DNA of 31,128 bases from Acidobacteriota bacterium (GCA_019247235.1 JAFAPG010000045.1:1-31128), one strand, 5' to 3'. Positions 6,339 through 14,887 are shown, numbered from the stretch's first letter. Notes: generated by a model from the letters alone, not told the origin. Numbers and translations: made by a program.

Positions 6339-8327
6339 TTAGTGAGACACCCAGTTCGAGCCGTTGCAATAGACAGGGATTCTCACCGCGCCTCCACCTG
6401 CGACGGTCGCGTTGTAGGTGGGCGCATTGGCGTCAGTGACGATGCGAATTTGATCCTGAGCACCAGCGTTGCAAGTGGGAAGACTGGCGACGGTGCTAGC
6501 CGGACCTATCACGGGTGAGGACAGCGTTTTATTTGCAAGCGTGTCGGTTGTACTGGCGAAAACCAGGGTGTCAAAGGAGCCTGCGGCTGCATTGGTGCCC
6601 TGTGAACATTTCGCGCGATATGCCGTGCTGTCGTAGTAGCAGAGAAACAAATTGGTCGCTGGCCCGATATTGACGGAGCCCACAGCCATCGGAGTCATGC
6701 CCCAAGTGAAAAATTCCGGCGTATCCACCGGCCCCCAGGTCTCGCTATTGTAGGCGGAGCCCCCATTGTTGATCGCCGGGTTGTTGGCCGAACTGGGATA
6801 GCAAGCCAGTCGATTGCCTGCGGTAGCCATCGACGAATCCCCTTTGATGTGCCAGTTATAGCTTCCTCCCGATAGATCGATCAGCGCGTCGCAAATCGCA
6901 AAGCCGCTCTGATCCCAAGGGTTTATTGATCGCCAGCTGTTGTTATGTACGTCCACATCGGCGCAGTTGTTGCTAGTCGATTGGATCCCGTGTGCGTGAC
7001 CTCCTCCGTCGAACTGCACGCCGTTGATTTCCATTCCCAGTACTTTGTCACACACGAGAGCTTTATGCGTGTTGCAGGTAGTCGAGCTGTCACCGCAAAG
7101 CTGAAGCACCGAGTCATGGATGTGAATAGCCGCTCCGTTTCCTATGTGCCACGCCGTGAACGTTCCTCCCAAAGCTCCATAGGAAGCGCTGTAGCACTGA
7201 TCGCATTCAATGCCTGCCGGAGCAGGACCACTCGACGCCCCAATGTCATAAGCAGTGGTCGTAGCCGCGTAGCACTGGATATTTTTCATCACCACATTGA
7301 CAGCCGCGTTGCCGCCGCCTCCATTCACGAGGTTTATGCACTTCGGCATTGTCGAGGACGAGTTGAAATTGATCTGAACGCGCTCGATCTGAACGTCGTA
7401 GATACCTGAAACGGCGTTCTGTTGTTGTCGGATATAGGAGTCTGAATAGTTCGCGGTCGTCGGGCTGTAGTTAACGTCGCGGACTTTGATGTGCGCTCCA
7501 CGCAGCGCGATCGCGGAAACAGCCGTTCCAGAATTGGTAAACACGAGCTTCTCGACCGTGACCCAGTATCCAGTAACGAACTGATCGACCCCTGCGCAAG
7601 ACGTGCATTGAATCTGTGTAGCTTTTTCGCCAGCTCCTCGCCAGATGCAACCACCATTCTTACTGTCGATCTGCGCCGAATGTTGATAGGTGCCCGCGCC
7701 GAAAAGGATGGTGCCAAAGTTCTGAAATCCATCGCCGGCCGTCCCAGCACACACCGCATTGACCGCCATAGTGAGGCCGGTGTCGTTGCTTGCGGCCGAG
7801 TTCGAAGTAGATATGCCGAACCACTCCGCGTACGTATTCGCGATGGCAAGCGGCCCGAGCGTCAATTGTGTCCCAGTGCAATTTTGGAAATGCTGAGAAG
7901 CGTCGGCGACGATCGGCGCGTTTATGGTGAGCGTATTCCCGTTGCAATTTAGGATCGCCCCATTGTCCATCTGCAACGTGACCCCGGCGGGGATGGTAGT
8001 GTTCGCGGTCAGCGAATAGGACGACAATGAAGTAAAAGCGTGAATGTAACCGCTAGATGCGGCGCAGGCGACCGCAGAGGCAAAGGTGTTGTTTGAGTCG
8101 GCGGAGCAGGAGCCCCCTAATTGCTTCAAATTTAGGTTGCCGGAAAATTTCGCTTGCCCCTTCCCGCTCTGCGAGATACACGCATCGTTGCCATCGTCTT
8201 CCCCGACGCAAAACTTGTAAGGCGAGAGCACGCGAACATCAGACGACGACCGCCCACCAAAGTTCTGCGCGAAAAGCGGCAAAGAGCAAGAAGAAAAGAG
8301 AGCGAGAACAAAGACAATCTTTTTCAT
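6339..8327 (-). CDS. Beta-helix (pectate-lyase-like) tailspike/depolymerase with N-terminal signal peptide
   Basis: MKKIVFVLALFSSCSLPLFA|Q; TILFGAGTY..GCIWRGAG beta-helix entry; C-terminal TVASLP..VTDA..VAGGG..PVYCNGSNW fibre motif. Confidence 0.8.
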   Translation of the reverse strand: MKKIVFVLALFSSCSLPLFAQNFGGRSSSDVRVLSPYKFCVGEDDGNDACISQSGKGQAKFSGNLNLKQLGGSCSADSNNTFASAVACAASSGYIHAFTSLSSYSLTANTTIPAGVTLQMDNGAILNCNGNTLTINAPIVADASQHFQNCTGTQLTLGPLAIANTYAEWFGISTSNSAASNDTGLTMAVNAVCAGTAGDGFQNFGTILFGAGTYQHSAQIDSKNGGCIWRGAGEKATQIQCTSCAGVDQFVTGYWVTVEKLVFTNSGTAVSAIALRGAHIKVRDVNYSPTTANYSDSYIRQQQNAVSGIYDVQIERVQINFNSSSTMPKCINLVNGGGGNAAVNVVMKNIQCYAATTTAYDIGASSGPAPAGIECDQCYSASYGALGGTFTAWHIGNGAAIHIHDSVLQLCGDSSTTCNTHKALVCDKVLGMEINGVQFDGGGHAHGIQSTSNNCADVDVHNNSWRSINPWDQSGFAICDALIDLSGGSYNWHIKGDSSMATAGNRLACYPSSANNPAINNGGSAYNSETWGPVDTPEFFTWGMTPMAVGSVNIGPATNLFLCYYDSTAYRAKCSQGTNAAAGSFDTLVFASTTDTLANKTLSSPVIGPASTVASLPTCNAGAQDQIRIVTDANAPTYNATVAGGGAVRIPVYCNGSNWVSH

Positions 8328-8333
8328 GAGACC

Positions 8334-10553
8334 TTATCGAGTGACGCGGAAATTCAAAGTCGCTGCTGTGGGGGTGATGGAGTTCGCGGTCGGATTGCAG
8401 TACTGAAAGTTTACGTTGTTCGCGGTCGGCCAGACGCTGACCACTAGCTGCGCGGGATTCGCGGCCGGCGCGGCGTTGTAACTCCAGGTGATGGCGTCGG
8501 TCGTCGCTACCCCGGTTGCTCCTACCGTGACCGTCGTGCCGCAAGCTCCTGATGCAATCGCGGCCGTGGTCATCGTCGCCGTGCCTGCCGCAAGCGACTG
8601 GGTCATGTTAAAGTAAGTGCCGTTATTGATTGAGCACTTGAGAACGTGATTGGTGGAGTCGCCATAACACCAGTCTTGTCCGCTTACGCCCGCGCCGTTG
8701 TTCGGTGTTCCGGTTTCGTAAAACGTGAGGCTGGGAATTTTTGGCCCGATCGATTTGAAGCTATTGTCGACAAACTCCGCTCCTCCCCCGGTGACGGTGA
8801 AGCTGTTCAAGCCGACTTGAACGGCCGCTGCGGTCGCTCCTGAATCGATTTGTAAGCCGTTCGCGTTGGTGAGTGACACCGGACCATAGTTGCGGTCAAT
8901 CAAGACGCGAAAGCTAGCGGTCTGAACTCGAATGGCCGCAATCGCCGAGTTGGTTCCGCTAGACCCCAAGCGGATGAAGTTGCCCGCGATTTCCGCGTCT
9001 CCGATTCCGATGAACTGGACGCCCATGTCGGTGACATCGATAAAGTTGTCCCGAACGTACTGCTGCCCACTTCCCGAGGTCTCGACCCTGACGCCTGCCA
9101 CCTGGCCGAAGGAGATCAAATTGTTGGTGAGGTGTACGTCGCCCGAGTCGCGAAAGTAAACCCCGTACGAAGAGCCGTTGGTCTGATTGAAGTCGTCGAT
9201 CGCGTTATGATCGATCCAGCTGTCGGCGCAGCCCCAGCAATAGATCCCCGCGGGCGCCGTTCCCGCCGAATCGTTTCTAAAACTGGTTTGCGCGGCAATG
9301 AGGTTGTTGTAATGAATGAAGAAGCCGCCGACCCCGCCACCAGCCGATGCCGGAGAACTCAGGCTGCCGTTATCCACCGCGACTGAGTGCGAAGTGGCGT
9401 TCTTGATTTCCAAGTGATCGAGGTAGGTGGTATTCACCTTCCCCATGTGAATGTCATAGACGGCTGAAGATTGGTTTTGGGCGTTCCCGTCGATCGAGAG
9501 GAAGGCAACCCGGGTCCAGTAGATAGTTCCGGCCGTCTGCCCGGTTTCGGCCGCATTGACCCCGATCAGGACGACAGAATGGTTGAGCGAGTTCGCGGCC
9601 TTTAGCGTCGTCTTTTCTGGCCCGGCTCCGATTAGCTCCATTCCCGAGACAAACTGAATCGGGGTCGAAACCGTGTAAGCGCCCTGAGCCAGCAGAATGG
9701 TGCAGCCCCCGGGCGCGGCCACTGGGCCGACACCAGGAGTGACTTGCGGCCCGGTGTAACTCGGGCAAGTCGCACTTGCCGAATTGATCCAGGCTCCTGG
9801 GTCCGAGCCTCCCCAGCCGGCAGAATTTGCGGTATCGACGCAGCGTATCTTTTGAAACTGGTTACAGGTGGCGGTCCCGGTCAGCGTCACCGTGCTCGAA
9901 AAGGTGTTCGCGCCGGAAAAGGTGTTATTGCCGGAATAGGTTCCCGCGCCCGAGGCATTGATCGCCGATGCATTCACGTTCCAGCGATTGCCGGTTGAGC
10001 CAAGCGAAAGCGTACCGCTGCCTGTGGGAGTAACGTTTGCCTGGAAGGGTTGGTTGGCGCCGTCGAGCCGGGCATAAGTAGTATCCCCGGTTGGCGAGCT
10101 GACGACTGGGTTAGTGGTGATCGGAGCCACCTGGGAGATATCTAGCGTGGTGCCTGATTTCGCATGGACGGGCACCTCCGGTCCGGCTTTGCCGTTGAAC
10201 CAGGCTTGCATGCCGTACCAGACGGCCGTAGTCGAACCCCCGCAATTGATATCCCCGCCGAGCAGGCCGGTTGAATCGCGGGTTGAGTAAAGCGTCCCTG
10301 AGACGGCGCCGGATGAGTTCGCGGCAAGGTCGAAATAGAACACTCCCCCCTGAGAAGGCGCGATGAGCGAGGTTCCAGAGACGCGCGGCTGGTTCCCTCC
10401 GCAGCCTCGGAGCCAAAAGCGCATGAAGGCGTTCGGCGTGGTTGCCCCTGTCCCCAGGTTTTGCATGGTGCCGGTAACCGTGGTCGTGGCCTGGACGATG
10501 GCCGGCACAAAGAGCAAGGCGAGAAGTCGAATGAGTCGTTTCATCATCATCAT
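8334..10553 (-). CDS. Beta-helix tailspike with signal peptide and tail-fibre-N-like domain (start is one of four tandem ATGs)
   Basis: MKRLIRLLALLFVPAIVQA|T; TILLAQGAY..MELIGAG beta-helix entry; N-terminal TVTGTMQN..FMRFWL resembles lambda Stf N-terminal domain. Confidence 0.8.
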   Translation of the reverse strand: MMMMKRLIRLLALLFVPAIVQATTTVTGTMQNLGTGATTPNAFMRFWLRGCGGNQPRVSGTSLIAPSQGGVFYFDLAANSSGAVSGTLYSTRDSTGLLGGDINCGGSTTAVWYGMQAWFNGKAGPEVPVHAKSGTTLDISQVAPITTNPVVSSPTGDTTYARLDGANQPFQANVTPTGSGTLSLGSTGNRWNVNASAINASGAGTYSGNNTFSGANTFSSTVTLTGTATCNQFQKIRCVDTANSAGWGGSDPGAWINSASATCPSYTGPQVTPGVGPVAAPGGCTILLAQGAYTVSTPIQFVSGMELIGAGPEKTTLKAANSLNHSVVLIGVNAAETGQTAGTIYWTRVAFLSIDGNAQNQSSAVYDIHMGKVNTTYLDHLEIKNATSHSVAVDNGSLSSPASAGGGVGGFFIHYNNLIAAQTSFRNDSAGTAPAGIYCWGCADSWIDHNAIDDFNQTNGSSYGVYFRDSGDVHLTNNLISFGQVAGVRVETSGSGQQYVRDNFIDVTDMGVQFIGIGDAEIAGNFIRLGSSGTNSAIAAIRVQTASFRVLIDRNYGPVSLTNANGLQIDSGATAAAVQVGLNSFTVTGGGAEFVDNSFKSIGPKIPSLTFYETGTPNNGAGVSGQDWCYGDSTNHVLKCSINNGTYFNMTQSLAAGTATMTTAAIASGACGTTVTVGATGVATTDAITWSYNAAPAANPAQLVVSVWPTANNVNFQYCNPTANSITPTAATLNFRVTR

Positions 10554-10801
10554 TGGCCGTACATCCGTCGATAGAAGTTCTGCAGGTTCCCCATGGCTGG
10601 CGAGCGCTGGCTGAAAGGGTTCTGGCCCGCCTGGGGCGTAGGATTCTGCTGCTGCATCTGGCCTGAATCCTGAAAGTTGGGCGGCAAGAGCGGCGTCTGC
10701 GGGTTGACCGCCTGAGGCTGAACCGCGTTCACCGAGTTGGCCGCGTCCGATGAGCCATAGGGCGCGGAAGGCAGCATGTACTTGGGCGGAACCTGTCCCA
10801 T
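10550..10801 (-). CDS. Small Q/P-rich putative ejection/internal virion protein (MGQV...)
   Basis: TAAGGA SD; low complexity; stop overlaps tailspike start. Confidence 0.7.
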   Translation of the reverse strand: MGQVPPKYMLPSAPYGSSDAANSVNAVQPQAVNPQTPLLPPNFQDSGQMQQQNPTPQAGQNPFSQRSPAMGNLQNFYRRMYGQ

Positions 10802-10835
10802 TTTGGGAATTCCTTAGTGTGAAAAGAGTTGCAGC

Positions 10836-10864
10836 TTGCTAGCTAAGCGGTAAGGTGGCACAAT
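10836..10864 (+). promoter_or_regulatory. Sigma70-type promoter for the antisense membrane gene
   Basis: TTGCTA (10836..10841), 17 nt, CACAAT (10859..10864) with extended -10 TG at 10856..10857. Confidence 0.55.
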
Positions 10865-10872
10865 GCGAGACG

Positions 10873-11037
10873 GTGACACTGGAGAGAGCGTTTGCCTTTT
10901 CGGTTCTCGTTGCTGCGGGATGGGCTGCTGACAAGTGGCTCTATCCGCGCCTGGGAGCGCCGCGCGTAATCGCCTGGCTGCTCTTTGCTGGTGTCGGAAT
11001 TTTGGTCTGGCTCGTGATGAACGCTGGATTACGCTGA
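10873..11037 (+). CDS. 54-aa two-TM protein, moron/superinfection-exclusion candidate (leaderless GTG)
   Basis: Two hydrophobic helices; occupies a 300-bp gap in the minus-strand operon; GTG lies at the predicted transcription start. Confidence 0.55.
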   Translation: MTLERAFAFSVLVAAGWAADKWLYPRLGAPRVIAWLLFAGVGILVWLVMNAGLR

Positions 11038-11100
11038 TGCGATTCCCCGACTGGGTACTCCCGGAACAGCGCATGCCTTGGGGGGATTATTTTCGCCCTG

Positions 11101-12123
11101 CTACTGCCCCCGCCTTGCCTTTGCTTGCGCAACTGACCTTTGTAGAACATCGGTCAAGTCGCCCGAACCCGAAGCCTGGGAATCCGTGCCGCCGCTCCTT
11201 ACGCCAGGTGTCTTTGTATATTTTACGGGCCGATCGGCCGTCCCCGTCAAGACGCTCTTAGGCGTTCGAGCCCTGGTGTTTCGTGCCCAGCCTTCCGCCT
11301 CACCTTGCCGCCGCAATGCTTCGCTCTCCCCTTCCGCTTGATTTCGTACTTGATCTTGAATTTGCGCAGTCTCAGCGATGTCTTCCGCACTGCCCGGCAA
11401 CGGACCCTTGCCCGGCGAGAACTGCATCTGCGCCTTTGGCGGCATCCAGGGGAGTTGAGCTTGCGGTGTCGGCGCGGGAGCTTCGACGGGCGAAGGTTGC
11501 GCGGCTCTGACTTGTGGAGCGGCAGTTTCGGCTTCCGCTTCCGCTGCTGCTCCTTCTCCCTTGCCACCAGTGAAAAGAAACGGCAGCCACTCAGCCGCAG
11601 AAGGAATGAAGCGTCCGACTCCGGGGATTTGCCTAGCCTGGTGGACCGCCTGCTGAGCCACCATGGCTGTAATGACCGGATGCTGTGCTGCTTGGCGGCC
11701 AAGAAAAGGGAGCGCCACTCTGCCAGCTGCTCCCACTCCCGTAGTAGCCGCAAGCGCTCCAGCACCCATGAGCGCATCTTCCGGGGTGGGATTCGAGGCA
11801 GCATCGGCGGCGTAGATGTTTCGATTCATTCTTTGCAGGTCGGGGTCGCTGTTGTCCTGTTTCCCAAGACGCGATTGCTGCATTTGCCGTGCCGCTACTT
11901 GACGCGACGGCGGGGCTCCGGCCGCCGATGGTGGGGCGAACAGGTCTGGCCTTGTTAGCTGAACTTTCTGAGTCGCGCGCGAGACGTACTGTTGCGTATC
12001 TTCGTCACTCAGCGACCCAAAGCTCTGATCTCCAGTGGCGCGCGAGAGTACAGCCCGTTGATCGCCTGGAGCTAGAGCCTGGAAATCCTTGTCGGCGATG
12101 AGGGCGGCGAGATCAGAAGCCAT
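11101..12123 (-). CDS. Putative DNA ejection protein
   Basis: Ala/Gln/Pro-rich with Gly/Ala hydrophobic stretch LMGAGALAATTGVGAAG; position between nozzle and tailspikes. Confidence 0.7.
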   Translation of the reverse strand: MASDLAALIADKDFQALAPGDQRAVLSRATGDQSFGSLSDEDTQQYVSRATQKVQLTRPDLFAPPSAAGAPPSRQVAARQMQQSRLGKQDNSDPDLQRMNRNIYAADAASNPTPEDALMGAGALAATTGVGAAGRVALPFLGRQAAQHPVITAMVAQQAVHQARQIPGVGRFIPSAAEWLPFLFTGGKGEGAAAEAEAETAAPQVRAAQPSPVEAPAPTPQAQLPWMPPKAQMQFSPGKGPLPGSAEDIAETAQIQDQVRNQAEGESEALRRQGEAEGWARNTRARTPKSVLTGTADRPVKYTKTPGVRSGGTDSQASGSGDLTDVLQRSVAQAKARRGQ

Positions 12124-13759
12124 GTTTTTTTAGGAGTGAATCGACGTTGCCGGAGGAAGCCGCTGCCTGTTGTCCGTACTGGCGCACAAGATAGCGGTTG
12201 GTTCCGACGAGCGCAGATTTTCGGGCCGAGATGTCCTGGCGCATGATCGCGATGGCCCCAGCCAGCTGTCCCTTTGAGTAACTGGCACGCAAGAGCGAAA
12301 GCGCCTGATCGCGGCCAGTGTCCGAGGAGATTCCGCCACCCATGACTTTGCTGTACTCGTCCGCAAGCCCGAGCATGGCGGTGTGAAAATTCGACGCAGC
12401 AGTTGATCCGAATTCCGTCGACGCTGCGTTGAAAACCTTATTGAGCGTGGCTTCATCGAACTGTGGCAGATTGGATGCCTGTTTCTCCGCGATCTCTATG
12501 GCTCCACCCTTCTCGGTCATGCCGTTGATCATCTTCAGCGTGTTCTGGGTCTGCGGGTTCCGAGCATACTGGTAGTCGCTCGATGCTTGCGCGATGTCGA
12601 AGGGCTTCCCGTACTTCTGCTGGGAGTACTTATCGGCACGGTCGAGAATGATGGGATATCCCTTGTCATCCTTCTTCAGCTGCGACGGGTCCATGTCGCC
12701 TTCGACCAATCGCCGTGCAGTTGAATCAATTACGCTCCCGTTGCCGCCACCAGCAGCATTGCTATTGCTGCCACCCGCAGGAGCTCCAGCGCGGCGAGCT
12801 CCGCCGCTCGATGCTTGCGGGACACCTGAATTTGCGGGCAGCTGTTTGGTTTTCGTGCTGGTTGTGGTAAGCCCGAGCGGGTCAGTGGTACTCGTGGTCG
12901 TCGGTGCCGCATTGATCTGGTTTCGCTCGAGCTGTGCGAGATTGGCGACGGTCATAGGCTTGCCGACGAAGTTCGCGGGAAGACCGTAATCCTGAGCCAT
13001 CTCCGATGTGATGGTGACGCCTTGTTCCGAGCCGGGCAGTAGTTGGCGAGATTGCGTGTCGTACAGCCCAACTCCCGGTACCGCCATGAATCGTTTGTTA
13101 ACTTCAGCCGCCTGAACTCGACCCTGCGCCCCGATATCGGCACTCTGAACGCGGCTCTGGCCACCGATCTTGGCGGCGTCAACTTTTCCTTGGTACCCCA
13201 GATATGGGCTCAGGATCTTCGAGGCCAGCGCGGCCGGCATGTTTCCGTAAGGGGTCTCGACTGGCTGTAAGCCTGCCTGCGCAAGTCCCGTTTCCGCTTG
13301 TTCCTTCTCGAGCTGGAGCGGCATCGCCGCCCGCAGAAATGGAAGTTGATAGCCTGCCTGAAATCCTGTCCCTACGCCTCCCGATCTTCGTCCGCCCGAC
13401 TGAATGACAGCTTGTTCTGAAGCCGCGCGGCCGGCGAGTGCGCCCTGTAGCCCGCTCATCAGAAGCGTTGCCAGTTTCCCGCCCTTGGTGAGCGCCGGGC
13501 TCATCGCGTTAGGAATTCCTGCCGGTCCGGTTGCCGCTGCTTGTTGCAGGTTTGGTGTCCCCATTGTGGGTAGATTGTTCGCGTTCGGCCCCTGAGAATC
13601 TTTGTTAGACAAAAGAAACGCTGGTTGGGTCTGGTCGATAGCTTGATTCGCCCGGCTCATAACCTGTTGCGGAGAGCCGACAAACGTAGGCTGGCCTTGG
13701 GAATTGCTGAGCATGGAGTTTGGAACCGTCAGCCCCGCCGATTCGAATAAGTGTCCCAT
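12113..13759 (-). CDS. Putative DNA ejection/transfer protein (MGHL...)
   Basis: Gly-rich hydrophobic N-terminal region, 11-residue repeats, helical C-terminal domain; GAGGA SD. Confidence 0.75.
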   Translation of the reverse strand: MGHLFESAGLTVPNSMLSNSQGQPTFVGSPQQVMSRANQAIDQTQPAFLLSNKDSQGPNANNLPTMGTPNLQQAAATGPAGIPNAMSPALTKGGKLATLLMSGLQGALAGRAASEQAVIQSGGRRSGGVGTGFQAGYQLPFLRAAMPLQLEKEQAETGLAQAGLQPVETPYGNMPAALASKILSPYLGYQGKVDAAKIGGQSRVQSADIGAQGRVQAAEVNKRFMAVPGVGLYDTQSRQLLPGSEQGVTITSEMAQDYGLPANFVGKPMTVANLAQLERNQINAAPTTTSTTDPLGLTTTSTKTKQLPANSGVPQASSGGARRAGAPAGGSNSNAAGGGNGSVIDSTARRLVEGDMDPSQLKKDDKGYPIILDRADKYSQQKYGKPFDIAQASSDYQYARNPQTQNTLKMINGMTEKGGAIEIAEKQASNLPQFDEATLNKVFNAASTEFGSTAASNFHTAMLGLADEYSKVMGGGISSDTGRDQALSLLRASYSKGQLAGAIAIMRQDISARKSALVGTNRYLVRQYGQQAAASSGNVDSLLKKHGF

Positions 13760-13763
13760 CGCG

Positions 13764-14024
13764 TTACCGTCCTCTCCCTCGCTTCGGTTTGACGCCCATC
13801 ATGGTTCCCGCTGAGGTCGTATCTCCGTACGGCTGCATCTGGCGCGCCGCAAATTCCGTACCCACGCTCGCGGGAGTGGGAGCCTGGGGAATGAACGGCC
13901 CACCTGTGGGATTGAGACCCCCTGAGTTCGGGTCGTACTGCGGCCAGTTGTTCAGGCCGGCAAGCTTCTGGCGCACTCCGTCGAACGCTCCCGCGCCGGT
14001 TGAACTAGCTGGAATCTGTCCCAC
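13764..14024 (-). CDS. Small putative ejection protein (GTG start, MGQI...; ORF-track start 14255 is too far upstream)
   Basis: GGAAGG SD 9 nt before GTG; GTG 2 nt after upstream TAA. Confidence 0.65.
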   Translation of the reverse strand: MGQIPASSTGAGAFDGVRQKLAGLNNWPQYDPNSGGLNPTGGPFIPQAPTPASVGTEFAARQMQPYGDTTSAGTMMGVKPKRGRGR

Positions 14025-14026
14025 GG

Positions 14027-14329
14027 TTAGCTGCCTTCCCCGTAACCATAGAAAAACGGGTTCTTGGTCGGACGCGGTCCTGAGCCGCCCGGGGTAAAGT
14101 TTTGCGCGCTGAATTGAATGTTCGAGGGAACTGCCGCGGCCACTTGCGGCATTGCGCCTCCCCCGCCCTGGCGCATCTGGGAGTTCTGCTGCTGCATATT
14201 CGAAAAGCCGTTCAGCAGACCTTTGCCCGCGCCGCCCAAGAAGCGCGCGCCCCACTCAGAACCCGAGAATCCGGACGGGTCCGCGTCAAAGGTGTTCGGA
14301 TTTTTAAACGCTGCTCCTACTTGTCCCAT
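14027..14329 (-). CDS. Small G/Q-rich putative ejection protein (MGQV...)
   Basis: AGGAG SD; low complexity. Confidence 0.7.
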   Translation of the reverse strand: MGQVGAAFKNPNTFDADPSGFSGSEWGARFLGGAGKGLLNGFSNMQQQNSQMRQGGGGAMPQVAAAVPSNIQFSAQNFTPGGSGPRPTKNPFFYGYGEGS

Positions 14330-14341
14330 AGCGAGTGTCTC

Positions 14342-14887
14342 CTAAAAAGGAAGTGCCGAAGCCATGCCGCCAGCGAGTCCTCCGAGCAATCCCCCAAGAC
14401 CAGGGGATGCGAGCGGCGCGTTCATCACGCTAGCGTTCCCTTGAATGGCTTGACCGGAGTACTGTGCCGGGTTGGCGATCTGGGCTTGCCCGAGCAGTCC
14501 TGAGGCGCCGGCCTGGCGTGCAGCGAAATTTGAGCCAAGATTCTGTTGTAGCTGCTGATCGAACGCTCGCGCCTGTTGTGAGGCGAGATCGGTGCGCGCC
14601 TGCTCGGCGAAGCCTGAGGGAAGCATGTTGGTCTGTTGTCCGAGCTGCCGCTCGAGCTGCGCCTTGGCCGGCTGAAATGCCTGCGCCGTGGTGCCCGATG
14701 AAGCGTCGGTCAAGCTGTTGAAGTAAGGCAGGCCCTTATCCATCATCGACGTATAGAAGGGATTGGCCTTATTCTGTTGCGCCTGCTGAAACTGAAACTG
14801 CTGGCCGAAAACATTCGACAGCTGGTTATCGAGGTTGGCTTGCGCCGTAGCTGCCTGTTTTTGTTGCGGGCTTGGTCCGCCGCCCAT
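14342..14887 (-). CDS. Putative DNA pilot/ejection protein, P22 gp7/T7 gp14 position (MGGG...)
   Basis: AAGGGGAG SD; Gln/Ala-rich helix with C-terminal GLGGLLGGLAGG. Confidence 0.8.
   Translation of the reverse strand: MGGGPSPQQKQAATAQANLDNQLSNVFGQQFQFQQAQQNKANPFYTSMMDKGLPYFNSLTDASSGTTAQAFQPAKAQLERQLGQQTNMLPSGFAEQARTDLASQQARAFDQQLQQNLGSNFAARQAGASGLLGQAQIANPAQYSGQAIQGNASVMNAPLASPGLGGLLGGLAGGMASALPF

Noticed and set aside
6339-10553. Diversity-generating retroelement target in the tailspikes
   Set aside because: No template/variable repeat pair or reverse transcriptase seen in the window
11037-11261. Second plus-strand ORF coupled by TGATG (MRFPDW...)
   Set aside because: Runs antisense through the 340-aa gene and has no recognisable features
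11305-11958. Long alternative-frame ORFs (also 702..1265, 27780..28394, 19728..20384 and many others)
   Set aside because: Fully overlap better-supported genes; Arg/Ser/Pro-rich off-frame composition
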